This document shows, piece after piece, positions 39,105-51,894 of a DNA stretch of 64,000 bases. Position numbers and translations under genes: made by a program. How positions within the stretch are numbered: position 1 is the stretch's first letter; every line of letters starts with the position of its first letter. Below the pieces are notes generated by a model. It worked only from the letters and a program-made list of their open reading frames with translations. It ran no database searches and had not been told where the DNA came from. Origin of the DNA: Octopus bimaculoides (lineage: Eukaryota). The stretch lies in assembly GCF_001194135.2 (NCBI RefSeq), contig NC_068982.1:48336540-48400539 (forward strand), in the 5' to 3' direction.

Positions 39105-39490
39105 TAGGTGCAGGTGTAGCTATGTGGTAAGAAGTTTGCTTCCCAACCACATCATTCTGGGTTCAGCCCCATTGTGTGTCTTTTACTATATAGTCTTGAG
39201 CTGACCGAAGTCTTGTGAGTGAATTTGGTAGACGGAAACTGAAAGAAGCCTGTTTTATATTTATATATATGTTTATATCTATGTGTGTATGTCTTTGTGT
39301 TTGCCCCCCCCCCCATTTCATAACTGCTGGATAACTGGTGTTGGTTTGTTTGTGTCTTTGTAACTTAGCACTTTAAGGCTAAGTTCCAGGCCTAAAAAAA
39401 TAAGTACTGGGGGTCAATTTATTTGACTAAGCCCTTCAGAGTAGTGTCTCAGCATGGCTGCTGTCCAATGACTAAAACAAGTAAAAGATT
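39105..39490 (+). mobile_element. tRNA-derived SINE, family A (preceded by a truncated head at about 38955-39060)
   Basis: Head, body and tail homology. Confidence 0.8.
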
Positions 39491-39976
39491 AAAAAAAAAA
39501 AAAAGAACAATCCAGGAGATTGGACTGATGAAACTGAAAGAATTTTGAAAGAAATGCTTTGTGGTATTTGTTCTATCATATTGCATTCTAAGTTCAAGTC
39601 CCGTCACACACAACCTAATTGGATGGGAGACTTAAACCATAACCCAGTTTACCACTGACATCTGGCATCTTGAAGCCTTTAGTACTGTGGTTCTCAACCA
39701 GGGCCTATTTAACCCCTGCAGTCCATTTAAGATATTTTGCTTGAGTGGATCCCAAAAATATTAGTCAGCTTGACAATGTACCAGCATATATGTACAAGTC
39801 AGGATAAGATTTTTCTGAGGAAGACTAGAGGTTGACCATCTTGGAAGCGTCACCTCTGCACACTACCAATATTTATCCATTATAGTTTTGTATTGGGTCA
39901 CCAGATCATATTTAGTTGCTTTTACAATGGCTGTTTTCAAATTTTTACAAATATTAATTTAATTATGCTTTCTTAC

Positions 39977-40057
39977 TTGAAACTCATCATAGATTCTGTC
40001 TGTATCATTACACATGTTTTTCAGCCCACGGTAATTCAGTGGATGGGACAATTCAGC
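39977..40057 (-). CDS. Receptor-type PTP, exon just before the catalytic domain (81 nt, phase 0-0)
   Basis: ttattttcatttcag|GCTGAA...TTTCAA|gtaaga. Encodes AELSHPLNYRGLKNMCNDTDRIYDEFQ, ending in the (D/E)EF helix that precedes PTP domains. Confidence 0.85.
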
Positions 40058-40134
40058 CTGAAATGAAAATAATAAAATTATAAAGAGTTTTATTGTAATA
40101 GAAAATAATACAAATATATATATATATATATATA

Positions 40135-40191
<57 letters not shown>

Positions 40192-42117
40192 AAATAGCAA
40201 TTGTTTCAGAGATACTTTCAGAATTTTGTTCTAAGCTCTACAGTTGTTAAACAGTTAACAATTCAAACACATTGATATGATAATTTTAAAATTCATAATT
40301 AATTAATCTAAGTGGGATGATAAACTGCTTCAACAGAAAATAAAGCTGAAATATGAAAATTAAAACTCTGTCACTATTTTAAGCACTAATTCAATGTATG
40401 TGTGTGTGTGTGTGTGTGTGCGTGTGTCTGTCTATCTGTCTGTCTGTGACCTGAATATGACCTTAAACTGCATCCATTAGTGGGGCCCTAGTTTGGGAGT
40501 TCAGTGTTTTGAGGAATGTGGAACCACATCTTAGCCACTTTTATTCCCAAGTCTATTCTGACCTGGAGTAGTAATTACCTTTCAAGGTCCCAGCTATTGG
40601 TTAATTAACATATGAGTGCATGTGAATACTGGATCCAGTGGACTCTGCAGTAGAAACATTCATAGTTTAACAGAGAGGAAAACAACTACAGCAATGCATT
40701 GTGGATTGCAAGGAGCATGATGAGGCAAATAAAACATATTTCTCATCCACTGCATCCAACTCCATCACCAGTCAATCTTGACTTGATCTTGCCACTGGAT
40801 TGAAGATGATCACAGGCCAGAGAGTGAGGTCATCTTCAACTTCAACAAAATCAATGCACAAGTCATTAGTCATTCCTAAGGATGACCAGATGGTCCTCGT
40901 CACTCCACCAAATGAACATGATGTAGTTATGTATGTATGTATGTATGTATGTAATACAAACAACATATGAGTATATGCATATATATGTACATGTATGTAC
41001 ATACCTACATCTACATGTATATATAGATGCATATCTGGGTACAGGATGTTGCAAAAGAAACGTGGAAAAAATGATAAACAGAGTACAGAAAACACACAGG
41101 CCACATAGAGAACATTTCCTGTGGATCTTTATACCTGTACTAATAAAAAATATCAAAACTGTATTCCCATGCAAACTCTTGAAAAGGGGCTCAATAAACC
41201 TATGTAAAGCTACAGTGATAATATATAAAAATATATAAAATTTGAAGGACTGAGCTAAAAAAAAATGAATCGATGCATATAATATTGCAATAGAATAGGC
41301 TTGGCTGTGTGGTAAGAAGCTTGCTTCCCAACCACATGGTTCTGGGTTCAGTCTCATTGCATGGCATCTTGGGCAAGTGTCTTCCACCCTACCGCTTGAC
41401 TACTGGTATTGATGTGTTTATATGTCTCTGTAACTTAGTGGTTCAACAAAAGCGACAGATAGAATAAGTAACAGCCTTATCAAAATATAAGTACTGGGGT
41501 TAATTCATTCAAACTAAAATTTTTCAAAGTGGTGACCCAGCTTGGCCGCAGTCAAATGACTGAAACAAATAAAAGATGTGTGTGTGTGTGTGTGATGATT
41601 GATTTTTACTTCGTTCTATTTAAATTACACATTATCATTCTTGCACCGCATAGAGCCCTTTGTATAAAGAATATGCTCCCAAGAGTGCTTTTACTTGAAA
41701 CTTAAGACATTTCAAATTTGTTTGTAATAACATCTCATGTTTTGCTTTACATAAATGATGAAGATACTATAGAAACAAGTTTACTTCGGTTTAAATCCCT
41801 CTCCTGTGGTCCTGCTGATCATGGGAAAACATGTGCTTATATTTTTACAAACCATTATCTGTCAGAAACATAATCATGTCTAGGATTGAAGGATAAAAAG
41901 TAAGCAAAATTCATTGTGTGTTTATAAGTTTTAATGTATGTATGCAATATATATATGAATCTTTTTCGCTTATTTGTCCGAGTTCAGCACATACATGTTT
42001 ATTGTGATATTTTAAGGTAGTTTAGAGACATTTGGCATCTTTTTTCAGCATGTGGCTTGGCCTGTATAAATTACTCACTTGCCCTGAATATAAATTTTTT
42101 TTTTTCATATATATATA

Positions 42118-42286
42118 GGCTCAGGCACGGCTGTGTGGTGAGAAGCTTGCTTCCCGACCACATGGATTTGGGTTCAGTCCCACTGTGTGGCACTTTGGGC
42201 TAGTGTCTTCTACTATAGCCTCAGACCAACCAAAGCCTTGTGAATGGATTTGGTAGAGGGAAACTGAAAGAAGCCCATTGTATATG

Positions 42287-42357
<71 letters not shown>

Positions 42358-42590
42358 TGCTATGTGTTTGTCTGTGTTTGTCCCCTAACCACCACTTGAC
42401 AACCGATGTTGGCATGCTTGCATCACCATAGCTTAGCGGTTTGGCAAAAGAGACCAATAGAATAAGTAGAATAAATACCAGGGTTAAAAAAAAAAAAAGT
42501 ACTGGGGTTGATTTACACGACGAAAAATAATTTCAAGGCAGTGCCCCAGCATGGCCACAATCTAATGACTGAAACAAGTAAAAGAATAAA
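42118..42590 (+). mobile_element. tRNA-derived SINE, family A with an expanded (TG)n
   Basis: Full-length homology. Confidence 0.85.
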
Positions 42591-42609
42591 AGAATAGACA
42601 ATACATATA

Positions 42610-42960
42610 TCATTATCATCATCATTTAACGTCCGTTTTTCATGCTGGCATGGGTTGGATAGTTTGACTGAGGTCTGGAAAGCCAGTGGCTGCACCAGGC
42701 ACCAATCTGATCTGGCAAGGTTTCTACAGCTGGATGTCCTTCTTAACGCCAACCACTCCGAGAGTGTTGTGGGTGCCTTTTATGTGCCACCGGTACAGGA
42801 AACAGTCAGGCGGGCTTGGCATCGATCATGTTCAGATAGAGCTTTTTACATTCCACTGGCACGGGAGCCAGTCAAGGGGCACTGGCATCAGCCACATTCG
42901 AATGGTGCCTTTTATGTGCCACTAGAACAGGAGCCAGTCAGGGGACAGTGCCATACAACT
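42610..42960 (-). mobile_element. RTE-type 3'-end repeat with internal tandem units
   Basis: (CAT)n tail and repeated TTTTATGTGCCAC...GAGCCAGTCA units. Confidence 0.75.
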
Positions 42961-44115
42961 TAAAGCTTTTTGGTGTTGTAAAATGAACCTAGCTCTTTAC
43001 ACTAGGTGGCATGGAACTGAATTGAACTGTCATTAAATAATAGATTTAACACCTGCCTAAAATGATGAGTGCTACTTTCATTTCTTTGTCCACTTGCTTG
43101 TGTGTGTGTGTGTGTGTGTATCATCATACACACACACATTATAATGCTGGCATGAGTTGGATAGTTTGACATGGAGCTGACCAGCTGGGAGCTGTCCAGA
43201 TCCCAATTGTCTGTTTTGGCATGATTTCTATGCCTGGATGACCTTCCTAATGACAACCACTTAACAGAATATACTGGGTGTTTTTTATGTGTCACCTGCA
43301 CAGGTGCTTTTACACAGCACTGTGCTGGTACTGCATAAATTTGTTAAACCTGTTAACGAACTAGCTATCAACAAGCCATTAATACATGATGTAAAGATAT
43401 CTATATATTTTTATTTTCTGCAATGATTTGATAAGCAGTACCATGTTTTTACAATTCTGTAAATAATAACAATGATATTTTTATAAGCTATAAAGCTTAT
43501 GCAATGGACTTCTTTCAATCTTTGTCTACTGAATTCACTCATAAGCCTTTGATTGACCCAAATGTAAAGCAGAAGACACATGCCGAAGATGTCACACAGT
43601 GGGACTGAACCCAGAACCATGTGATTCGAAAAAATCTTCTTACCACACAGCCACACTGACATCTTTGTAGTTTATATATTTTGAAAATATTATTATTGAA
43701 TGTTATCTAATATTACATTGCCTGTGTTATCTATTATCATCTTTACATGCATTTTGTCAAAGATAAGGAGAAGCAAATGATACCAAACTGTAATTTTAAA
43801 TCACATTTGATTATTTTCTTTTGGAATAGATCAGCTGATTCCTAGTTTGTAAACTGCTGTTTCAAATGTGCTTTTTGTCACGTCTCTGGGTCTGACATTC
43901 AAAATGATATAAATTGTGCTTACAGATGGATAATTAAAAGCTATAAATTCAATTAATTAAAAATGAAGAAAGATTAGTTTATCTCCAAAATAAACCTGAA
44001 ACATTATGGAATAAATTTATGCTCTGTTGTAAAATAGGTGTAAGATTATATTGTAATTGCGTAAACTATTATATAGTTGATCTTTACAAAGATTATTATT
44101 TATTATAACATATTA

Positions 44116-44335
44116 AGGCGGTGAGCTGGCAGAATCGTTAGCAAGCTGGGCACAATACTTAGGGGTATTTTGTCCATCTTTACATTCTGAGTTCAAATTC
44201 TGCCAAGGTTGACTTTGCCTTTCATCTTTTTGGGATTGATAAATTAAGTACCAGTAAAACACTGGGGTTGAAGTATTCGACTAGTCTCTTCCCCCAAAAT
44301 TTCAGGCCTTGTGCCTTTAGTAGAAAGGATTATAA
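44116..44335 (+). mobile_element. SINE family C, full length
   Basis: GGCGGTGAGCTGGCAGAATCGTTAGC head through the CTTGTGCCTTTAGTAGAAAGGATTAT tail. Confidence 0.85.
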
Positions 44336-44921
44336 CATATTAAAATATTAAAAAAAAAAAAAAAATTTATGAACTGGATAAGAAGTTAGAAATGTGAGAC
44401 AAATTATTAACTTTACTTCAAAGTTTGGTATGCTCTTCCTAATGCCAACCACTTTACAGAGTATGCTGGGTATGATTTCAATGTGATATTGGCATGGCTG
44501 ATTTTATGTGACACCGACACAAGTGTTATCATGTGGAACTGGCACAGGTTCATTTCATGTAGCACTGGCACAAGTACATTTTATGTAGCACTGGTACAAA
44601 AGTGAGTTAATGAAAGAACCACTACACAATTGGTCAACCTGTTAAAAACAGCAGCCAAACCTCATTCAAATTAAACCCTATTAGAGAGAGAGAGATAGAG
44701 AGAGAGAAAGAGAGAGAGAGAGAGAGGGAATGTGGTAGCAACACATTAAACAATTTAATCTCTGATAAACAAAATTGTTGATAGGTCAGGCTGGAACACT
44801 TTTGAGTCTATATCTGTTGAGTCATTATTGGCCTGAGACTAAACAGCAGCAGCTAAAAATAGGCAGAACAGTTTTGAGTGGACTGCATAACTGATGAGAA
44901 CTAACTCTTATTAAGGGTTAT

Positions 44922-44956
<35 letters not shown>

Positions 44957-45171
44957 CATACNNNNNNNNNNNNNNNNNNNNNNNNNNNNNNNNNNNNNNN
45001 NNNNNNNNNNNNNNNNNNNNNNNNNNNNNNNNNNNNNNNNNNNNNNNTATATATATATTATTAAGGTGGTGAGGTGACTCAATCATTAGCACGCCATCAA
45101 TGTGATGGTGAGGTAAAAAGATTATTTTTATTATTATAATATTTATAATAATAATAATAATAATAATAATA

Positions 45172-45575
45172 ATGGTTTCAAATTTTGGCACTGGACCAGC
45201 AGTTTTGAGGGTAGGGGAAGTTGATTATATCAACCTCAGTGCTCAACTGGTACTTATTTTATCAACCCTGAAAGAATGAAAGGTAAAGTTGACCTTGGTG
45301 GAATTTGAACTCGGAATGCGAAGACAGATGAAATGTTGTGAAGCATTTTGCCCAACATGCTAATGATTCTACCAGCTCACTGTCTTTTAATAATAATCAT
45401 AATCCTTTCTATTATAGGCACAAGGCCTGAAATTTGTGGGAGGGGACTAGTTGATTACATCGACCACAGTGTTTCACTGGTACTTAATTTATCGACCTTG
45501 AAAGGATGAAAGGCAAAGTCAACCTCAGCGGAATTTGAACCCAGAAAGTGAAGACGGGTGAAATGCTGTTAAGCA
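45172..45575 (-). mobile_element. Two tandem family C SINEs
   Basis: Repeated ACTGGTACTTA...GAAAGGATGAAAGG...GGAATTTGAAC bodies, each with an (AAT)n tail. Confidence 0.8.
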
Positions 45576-46607
45576 TTGATGTTGTGCACTGTTCTCTCAC
45601 TCAATGATAACAATAATAATAGTAATAATAATAATAATAATATGACATGCGGTTCAGATTTTATATCCTTGGTTAGAAAGAAGCTTGTTTTTCACATAAC
45701 AATTTAGCTTACTATCACATTCTTTCCTTTCTTTCTTCCATTGCTCATCTTTACTTTCTTTCTTCCATTGCTCATCTTTACTTTACTCCTTCTAGTATTA
45801 CACACAGCAATATTCTAAATTTACTTCCTTCACATTGCTCCCTCTTAAAGAAACTGATTATATGTCTCATTGTTGTAATGCATATACACACACACGCATA
45901 TCGACACACATTTACATACAGGCCAAGCAGTATCGCATTTCTAAGTGGCAGTATTCAGCCCTTTATTTTTTTACTAGTTTTCTTCCTTAAACGCTGCGCC
46001 TTTCCTTAATCCTGGCTCACTCATTTGAACTCAGTATTATTAATCTGCAATTTGAACTAAATTGTACTCTTTCTTACTTCCAAATAACCCCCTCACATCC
46101 AGTAAGAACCCTTGTAGACATGAGTTTTGACTTTCATCTTTCCATTATAACCTCAAATATACCAAACAAAAAAAAGGTGCCCCCAAAAGCCAACAAAAAT
46201 AAGACTATTCCATGAAGGTAAAGAACAACAGCTAAATAGCTATATGTACACACACACATATATGTATATATAAAATCAAAACAACAATAACAAGGAAACA
46301 AACAAAAATGCTTCTAGCATACATGAATTATGTATTTATTCTAATCAATGCCAAAATCAATAAAGCTAAGAGAAGACGATAGAATACAAAATGAGTAAGA
46401 TGATAAGAATAATATTGTTAGGGATTGAAAACAGAGATGATATCAATAAATATACACACACACACACATAATATAGAAGGAGAATGAATGAATAACAAAA
46501 ACCCAAACAAAATAATCAAAATGAAAAATAATAATAAAAAAACACATGGTGAATGTGATAAACAAGGGAAGAAGATAAAATCTTGAAATAATGATCAAAC
46601 AACATAC

Positions 46608-46763
46608 GTGGTCAGCGGGCTCCATCCCTGCATTATAGAGGCCGCTGCTTGGACGTGACTGGGCCATTGTTCCAAGTGCAATTGAATCTAAGCTGCCCAT
46701 TGACATTTTACGTGAAGGCATGTACATGTGCAGCTTCTGACAACGCCTGCGATGCACAATTAT
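46608..46763 (-). CDS. Receptor-type PTP, juxtamembrane exon (156 nt, phase 0-0)
   Basis: tctatcatttcag|ATAATT...GACCAC|gtatgt. Encodes IIVHRRRCQKLHMYMPSRKMSMGSLDSIALGTMAQSRPSSGLYNAGMEPADH. It completes the TM helix and has a basic RRR stop-transfer cluster. Confidence 0.85.
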
Positions 46764-47214
46764 CTGAAATGATAGAAATTTTCTGTGAATGAGTATGGAT
46801 ACATGAATGTTTCTTCTGAACATATGTGTGCATGTGTGTATGTGTGTGTTTGTACATGAATGTATTACATACATACATATATATGTATACACATACATAC
46901 GGCAAGCTTCTCAGTTTCCATCTACCAGTCCTACTCATAAGACATCAGTTAGTTTGAGACCAAATGGTAGATACCTGGGGCCATGTCTATTGCCATGTGA
47001 TTGCAAAGCAAATTTTGTAACAACACATAGCCATGCTTGGTCCTTCACACACACACACACACACACATTTATATACATATAAATAACACACACACACATA
47101 TTGATAGATATGCATACATACATACATACATGCACATATACATATGTGTATATGTTTATAATTATGTAGATATTCACACACACACACATGGTCCTATATA
47201 TATATATATATATA

Positions 47215-47464
47215 TAAAGTTGGTGCATAATTATTGCGGCTTTTTTCAACAAATTTTATTCAACAAAACCAATAACAACATGTAACAAAAACATCTTTAA
47301 ATGATTATTCAGGAGCATATTCACCATCTACTTCAATTACTGTCTCCCATTTGCTTGCCAGATGGTCAGCCCGTCATTTAAAGATGTTTTTGATAAATAT
47401 TGTTATTGTTTTTGTTGAATAAAATTTGTTGAAAAAAAGCTGCAATAATTATGCACCAACCCAA
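47215..47464. mobile_element. Mariner-type (Hsmar1/MADE1-like TIR) MITE with about 90-bp inverted arms
   Basis: GTTGGTGCATAATTATTGCGGC... / ...GCTGCAATAATTATGCACCAAC, flanked by TA runs. Confidence 0.85.
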
Positions 47465-47469
47465 TATAT

Positions 47470-47905
47470 ATATACACAAAATTGATAGATATATATAAAA
47501 GAATTATATATAACAAGGGCGCTTTTTTAAAAAGACACCAGCCTTGCTAAAAATAAGGGTCAAAAACACTCCAAAGCCACAAAAGTTAACACTATATTTT
47601 CACAGACATGTTTGGAAAAAAATTAAGTGTAATAAGGATTGCATCTACTAGTAGACTTGAGTGAGGAGAATCAAATGTGTTTTTTGGCACTAAATTCATA
47701 ATAATAATTTCAAGTTAATCTTGCAAAAGTAAGACGCAATCCTTATTTCACTTAAATTTTTTCCAAATATGCCTGTGAAAATATAGTGTTAACTTTTGTG
47801 GGTGAGTGTTTTGACTCTTAATTTAGGAAAGCTGGTGTCTTTTAAAAAAAGTGTCCTTCTTATATTTAATTCCTTTATATATGTCTGTTAATTTTGCCCA
47901 TATGG
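47470..47905. mobile_element. Foldback MITE-like element with about 180-bp imperfect inverted arms
   Basis: AAAAAGACACCAGC...AAAAGTTAACACTATATTTTCACAG is mirrored by CTGTGAAAATATAGTGTTAACTTTT...GCTGGTGTCTTTT. Confidence 0.75.
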
Positions 47906-48100
47906 TTTTAGCTTGCGGCCGGAGTTGCATGAAACAATTGTATTGCATTACCTCTGGATATCCTTGTTGCTTGTTTTGATTTTAATCACCTTACTTTGAA
48001 ATTGCATGGATAATACTGTATTAGTTTCTGGTGCCTCAACTTAAGTACCATATTCATCTGAATCTAAATTTTTGCTGAACTAATCTACCATACCCAAAGC

Positions 48101-48155
<55 letters not shown>

Positions 48156-48252
48156 CTATCTGTATCAATTTGTTGCAACTACTTTTATACAAACATGATA
48201 CAATTAATGTTTCAATATTAATAAGAACAAAGTGAGAAAAAGAATTACATAC

Positions 48253-48375
48253 TTGCAATACAAGAAGAACAAGACATAACAGTCCTCCTATGGTGGTCAG
48301 TACAATTGCTATAGTAACAACTGTCTCCATGTTGGGGGCATCTGCATTCAATTGCTTCAATTTGACACTCTTTAT
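48253..48375 (-). CDS. Receptor-type protein tyrosine phosphatase, transmembrane exon (123 nt, phase 0-0)
   Basis: Minus strand tcttttttttacag|ATAAAG...TTGCAA|gtatgt. Encodes IKSVKLKQLNADAPNMETVVTIAIVLTTIGGLLCLVLLVLQ. The hydrophobic run continues into the next exon. Confidence 0.85.
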
Positions 48376-49374
48376 CTGTAAAAAAAAGATATTTTTAAGT
48401 AATGAAAGCATTTTAAAAAATGTAGCCAAAGACATTTCCAAAATGTAAATTCAAATTTCTAATCCCACCTCATATTATGAAGAAATGATTATCTTCTTTG
48501 TAATTGCTCTAGAGAAACAACATGTGTAAAATATTTAGTTTTGCCAAAATTAATAATTCAAATAATAGTTTAAATAAGAAAAATTCTGATATTGTATAGG
48601 AAGGCCACATTTGAAAATGTGCATATATGCAAGTGGTAAAATTCTTGTATAATTAGTTATATTTTTGAATGTACATAATATAATATATTTTGTATAGTAT
48701 ATGTTGTATGAAATTTTATATCAATTTAGAAAGTTTTATATGCTGGCAATCTGATTTTCTTGTTTGAATCTGTCAAAGACCTTCAGAAATAAATTCCAAA
48801 TTTGAAACAATGTTCTACTGCCCAAAGATTGTATCATATAATGTGTTGATAGTTTTGAGTTAGAGAGAAAAAATGTGTTCATAGAGAGTGAGGTGATAGC
48901 ACCAATGTTGACAACAAAAGGTTTCTCTTTTTGTACAAAAGGCAAACTACATGAAAGTACGAAGTATGGATAAAGGTTATGATGTTAAACTGTTGTAAGA
49001 CAGATATAATGGATGCAGATTATCCATGTAGGCTGGTGGGAATGGAATGAGACTGAGCAGAATAAGCCATGAGAGGGGTTAAAAACTGAAGGCATCAGTT
49101 AATGTCTGCAAGAGAGACAGATATATCATGAATTGATGATAAGGGATGTGGAGGGTGTAAAATTGCTGCAAAGAAAAGGTAACCATAGTAGAAGAAGATT
49201 CTATAAAGATATATGATATATAAAGATATTTAAATCAAGAAATACTGTGACCCATCAACATCATCATTACCAGCATTGTCACCATCAATTAATGTGTGTC
49301 CCCAATACTGGCATGGGTGGATAGTGTGTGCCTTACAAATGAGATGACAAAGAGTTGAGAAAACATGTTATGAT

Positions 49375-49700
49375 GATGATGATGAAGATGATGGTAATGA
49401 TGATGATTATCATCATCATCATCACCATCCTTTCATGTCCGTTTTCCATGCAGGCATGGGTTGGACTGTTTGACCAGAGCTGGCAAACTAGAGAGTGGCA
49501 CCAGGTTCCAGTCTGATTTTGCTAGGTTTCTATGGCTAAGATACCCTTTCCAATGCCACCCACTTTAAAGAGTGTTCTGGGTGCCTTTTATGTGGCACCA
49601 ACACAGGAGCTATTACATGGCACCATCTTGAATGCATTTTACATGGCGCCAGCATAGGTGCTTTTTACATGGGTTCTTGCAGGTTAATCCTCTTCAGCAG
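49375..49700 (-). mobile_element. RTE-type 3'-end repeat (older)
   Basis: (GAT)/(CAT) tail and TTTTATGTGGCACC units. Confidence 0.7.
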
Positions 49701-50583
49701 GGGGAATAGCATTAACACTTCTGCTGTGGCGGACAAGTCTTTTTGAGTGCAGCAAGTCACCAGATATCCCACTCCTTTGTCATCTCTTCCATAAGGTTCA
49801 GTGTCCTAGGATCACCCTTCAGATTATGTCATAACCCATGCAGGACAGAAATCAATAATATAGATGGTGATAATGATGATTGTTGACCTTATCTATTTCA
49901 ACTTTAAATAACATTTATTGAGCATTCTTTTCAAATGATTGTTCCATCTTTCACTTAATAAAATATGCAGCAACAATGTTTGGTCTGAGGTGATATGTAT
50001 TTGATTGAATGCCAGCCACCAGAGATAATTTCATATTTATTGTGTTTGAATATTGACAAGGGCTTTTTGATACAATAGAAAATACTATAACCTTCTGTTT
50101 AGTTCTAATCAATTGTTTGTTCAGTATTACAAACTTATATGTAAAGTGGAGTGAACAGAAATGGTACAGCATTAGACTAGCACCAGACTTAATAGTTTAT
50201 ATCATTTAATCTTATTTCCATGTAATATCATTACCAGTTTGAATATGCCAGTGGCAAGTTGAAACTCGTAAGCAAGCCATTCACTGTGTTTTGCCATGGA
50301 GAAAATTTCTCACTGTGGACTTGAACTTGCCACAAGTATATTTGAACTGATAATGACATTGCATTTATACACATCTCCACTTAGTGCTCCCACCTTGTAA
50401 CTTATTTTTATAGCCAGAGTTCAATTCCTATCTCAATCAATTTTAGATCAATTTTACTTTACATCCCTCTAGAGCTGATAAAATATACAAATATAAAAAC
50501 ATATGGATTAACTGTGCCTCATCTTCATCTGTTTTGCATGAAAGATTTTTCTGCTGCAGGTGAGGAGAAACCAGAGCCATTAA

Positions 50584-50780
50584 CCATTTAGTATTCAAAC
50601 AGGCCATGTCAGGCCCAAACATTTTACTCATTTTGTCATATCTACCTTGCAGGTAGATGTAATAGGCCTGAATCTATGCATCATCAAAATGTTGAAGCTA
50701 CAAGATAGCATATAATTAATTCAAAACAATGTGAATAAATAAGCATTACAGTTGACAGAGTAATATGAATGCTAAAGGGG
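50584..50780. mobile_element. piggyBac-like MITE
   Basis: TTAA|CCATTTAGTATTC...GAATGCTAAAGGGG|TTAA. Homologous to 59672-59894. Confidence 0.78.
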
Positions 50781-51569
50781 TTAAAGAAATCTTTTCTTCA
50801 TCTCTTGACTTGCTAGTAATAACAAGTGAATTTCCCTTGCATCATATCTTACTCCTTTTGTTATAATATTCTTCTTAATAATCTTCTGAATAACCCTAAA
50901 TTTTAACTTTATACAATATGGCAATATTGTTTAAAATATTTAACTATAGTACCCCATGATAAAATTTCCCCATTTCATTATCAATGGTCCACTAGTGGCC
51001 TGCCCCTTTAATTGTCAGCTAACATCTTGATTTACAAAATCTCATGATATTGCTTCTAATAAATCTTGATAGTTTTTTTATGATTATATCCACTATGATT
51101 TCTGCCGACTCCCTCAGCCCACTTCCTAATAGGCACTGCTCTTTGTTCTTTTGGCCTTAGATATACAAAGATTTGATAAACTACTCTATAAATTAAAACT
51201 GACCCCATAAAACAGTGACAAGTAAAATCTGTTACAATTCTTTCTACTTTAGTAACTTCTAAGCTGAAGTGAAGACAGCATGTTCTTTATCTATCTCCTT
51301 GCCTTTTGGGAGATTTTAGGTAAAATTATACTAATGTGTCCATCTGTTTTAATTTAATTAAATTTTATGACTTTATGCTGCTGAGGATTGCTCTGCATTT
51401 AATTTAATGTAATGATTGCATTATTCAATTAAATGGAGTTGCTTGAGACGATCGTACTGCATTACCTCTGGATATCCTTGTTGCTTATTTATATATATAT
51501 ATATATATATATTAGAATGATCTGCATAAAAAGGTCATCAAGAAGAGTACTCCCTCTAATGAGTGCCTG

Positions 51570-51862
51570 ATATTAATGTATGCGTTTCACTCCATATGTA
51601 TTACACACACTACTAATAGTTTTATGTACATGACAAATGTGTTCATCAGGCACTGATTATTCGATGAAACCAAGAAGTTTAAATATAAAGAACCAGGGGA
51701 GAGGCAATGCTGAAGCAAACCATATTTAATGGAAGATTCCACTACAGGTGAGCTACTTAAACTTCTTGGTTTCATAGAATAACCAGCGCCTGATGAATGT
51801 TCTTGTATGTAAAACTATTAGCAGTGCGTTTAATAAATGTGGGGTAAAGTGCATACATTAAC

Positions 51863-51864
<2 letters not shown>
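51570..51864. repeat. Imperfect inverted repeat (about 110-bp arms, 74-bp spacer)
   Basis: TTCATCAGG...ATGAAACCAAGAAGTTTAA is mirrored by TTAAACTTCTTGGTTTCAT...CCTGATGAA. Confidence 0.85.

Positions 51865-51894
<30 letters not shown>

Noticed and set aside
42080-43945. Micro-exon-like AG...GT pairs on the minus strand (GGCAA near 42080; 17-nt CTTTTAATTATCCATCT near 43925)
   Set aside because: Their lengths break the phase 0-0 frame between exons 46608 and 40057, and such short matches are expected by chance.
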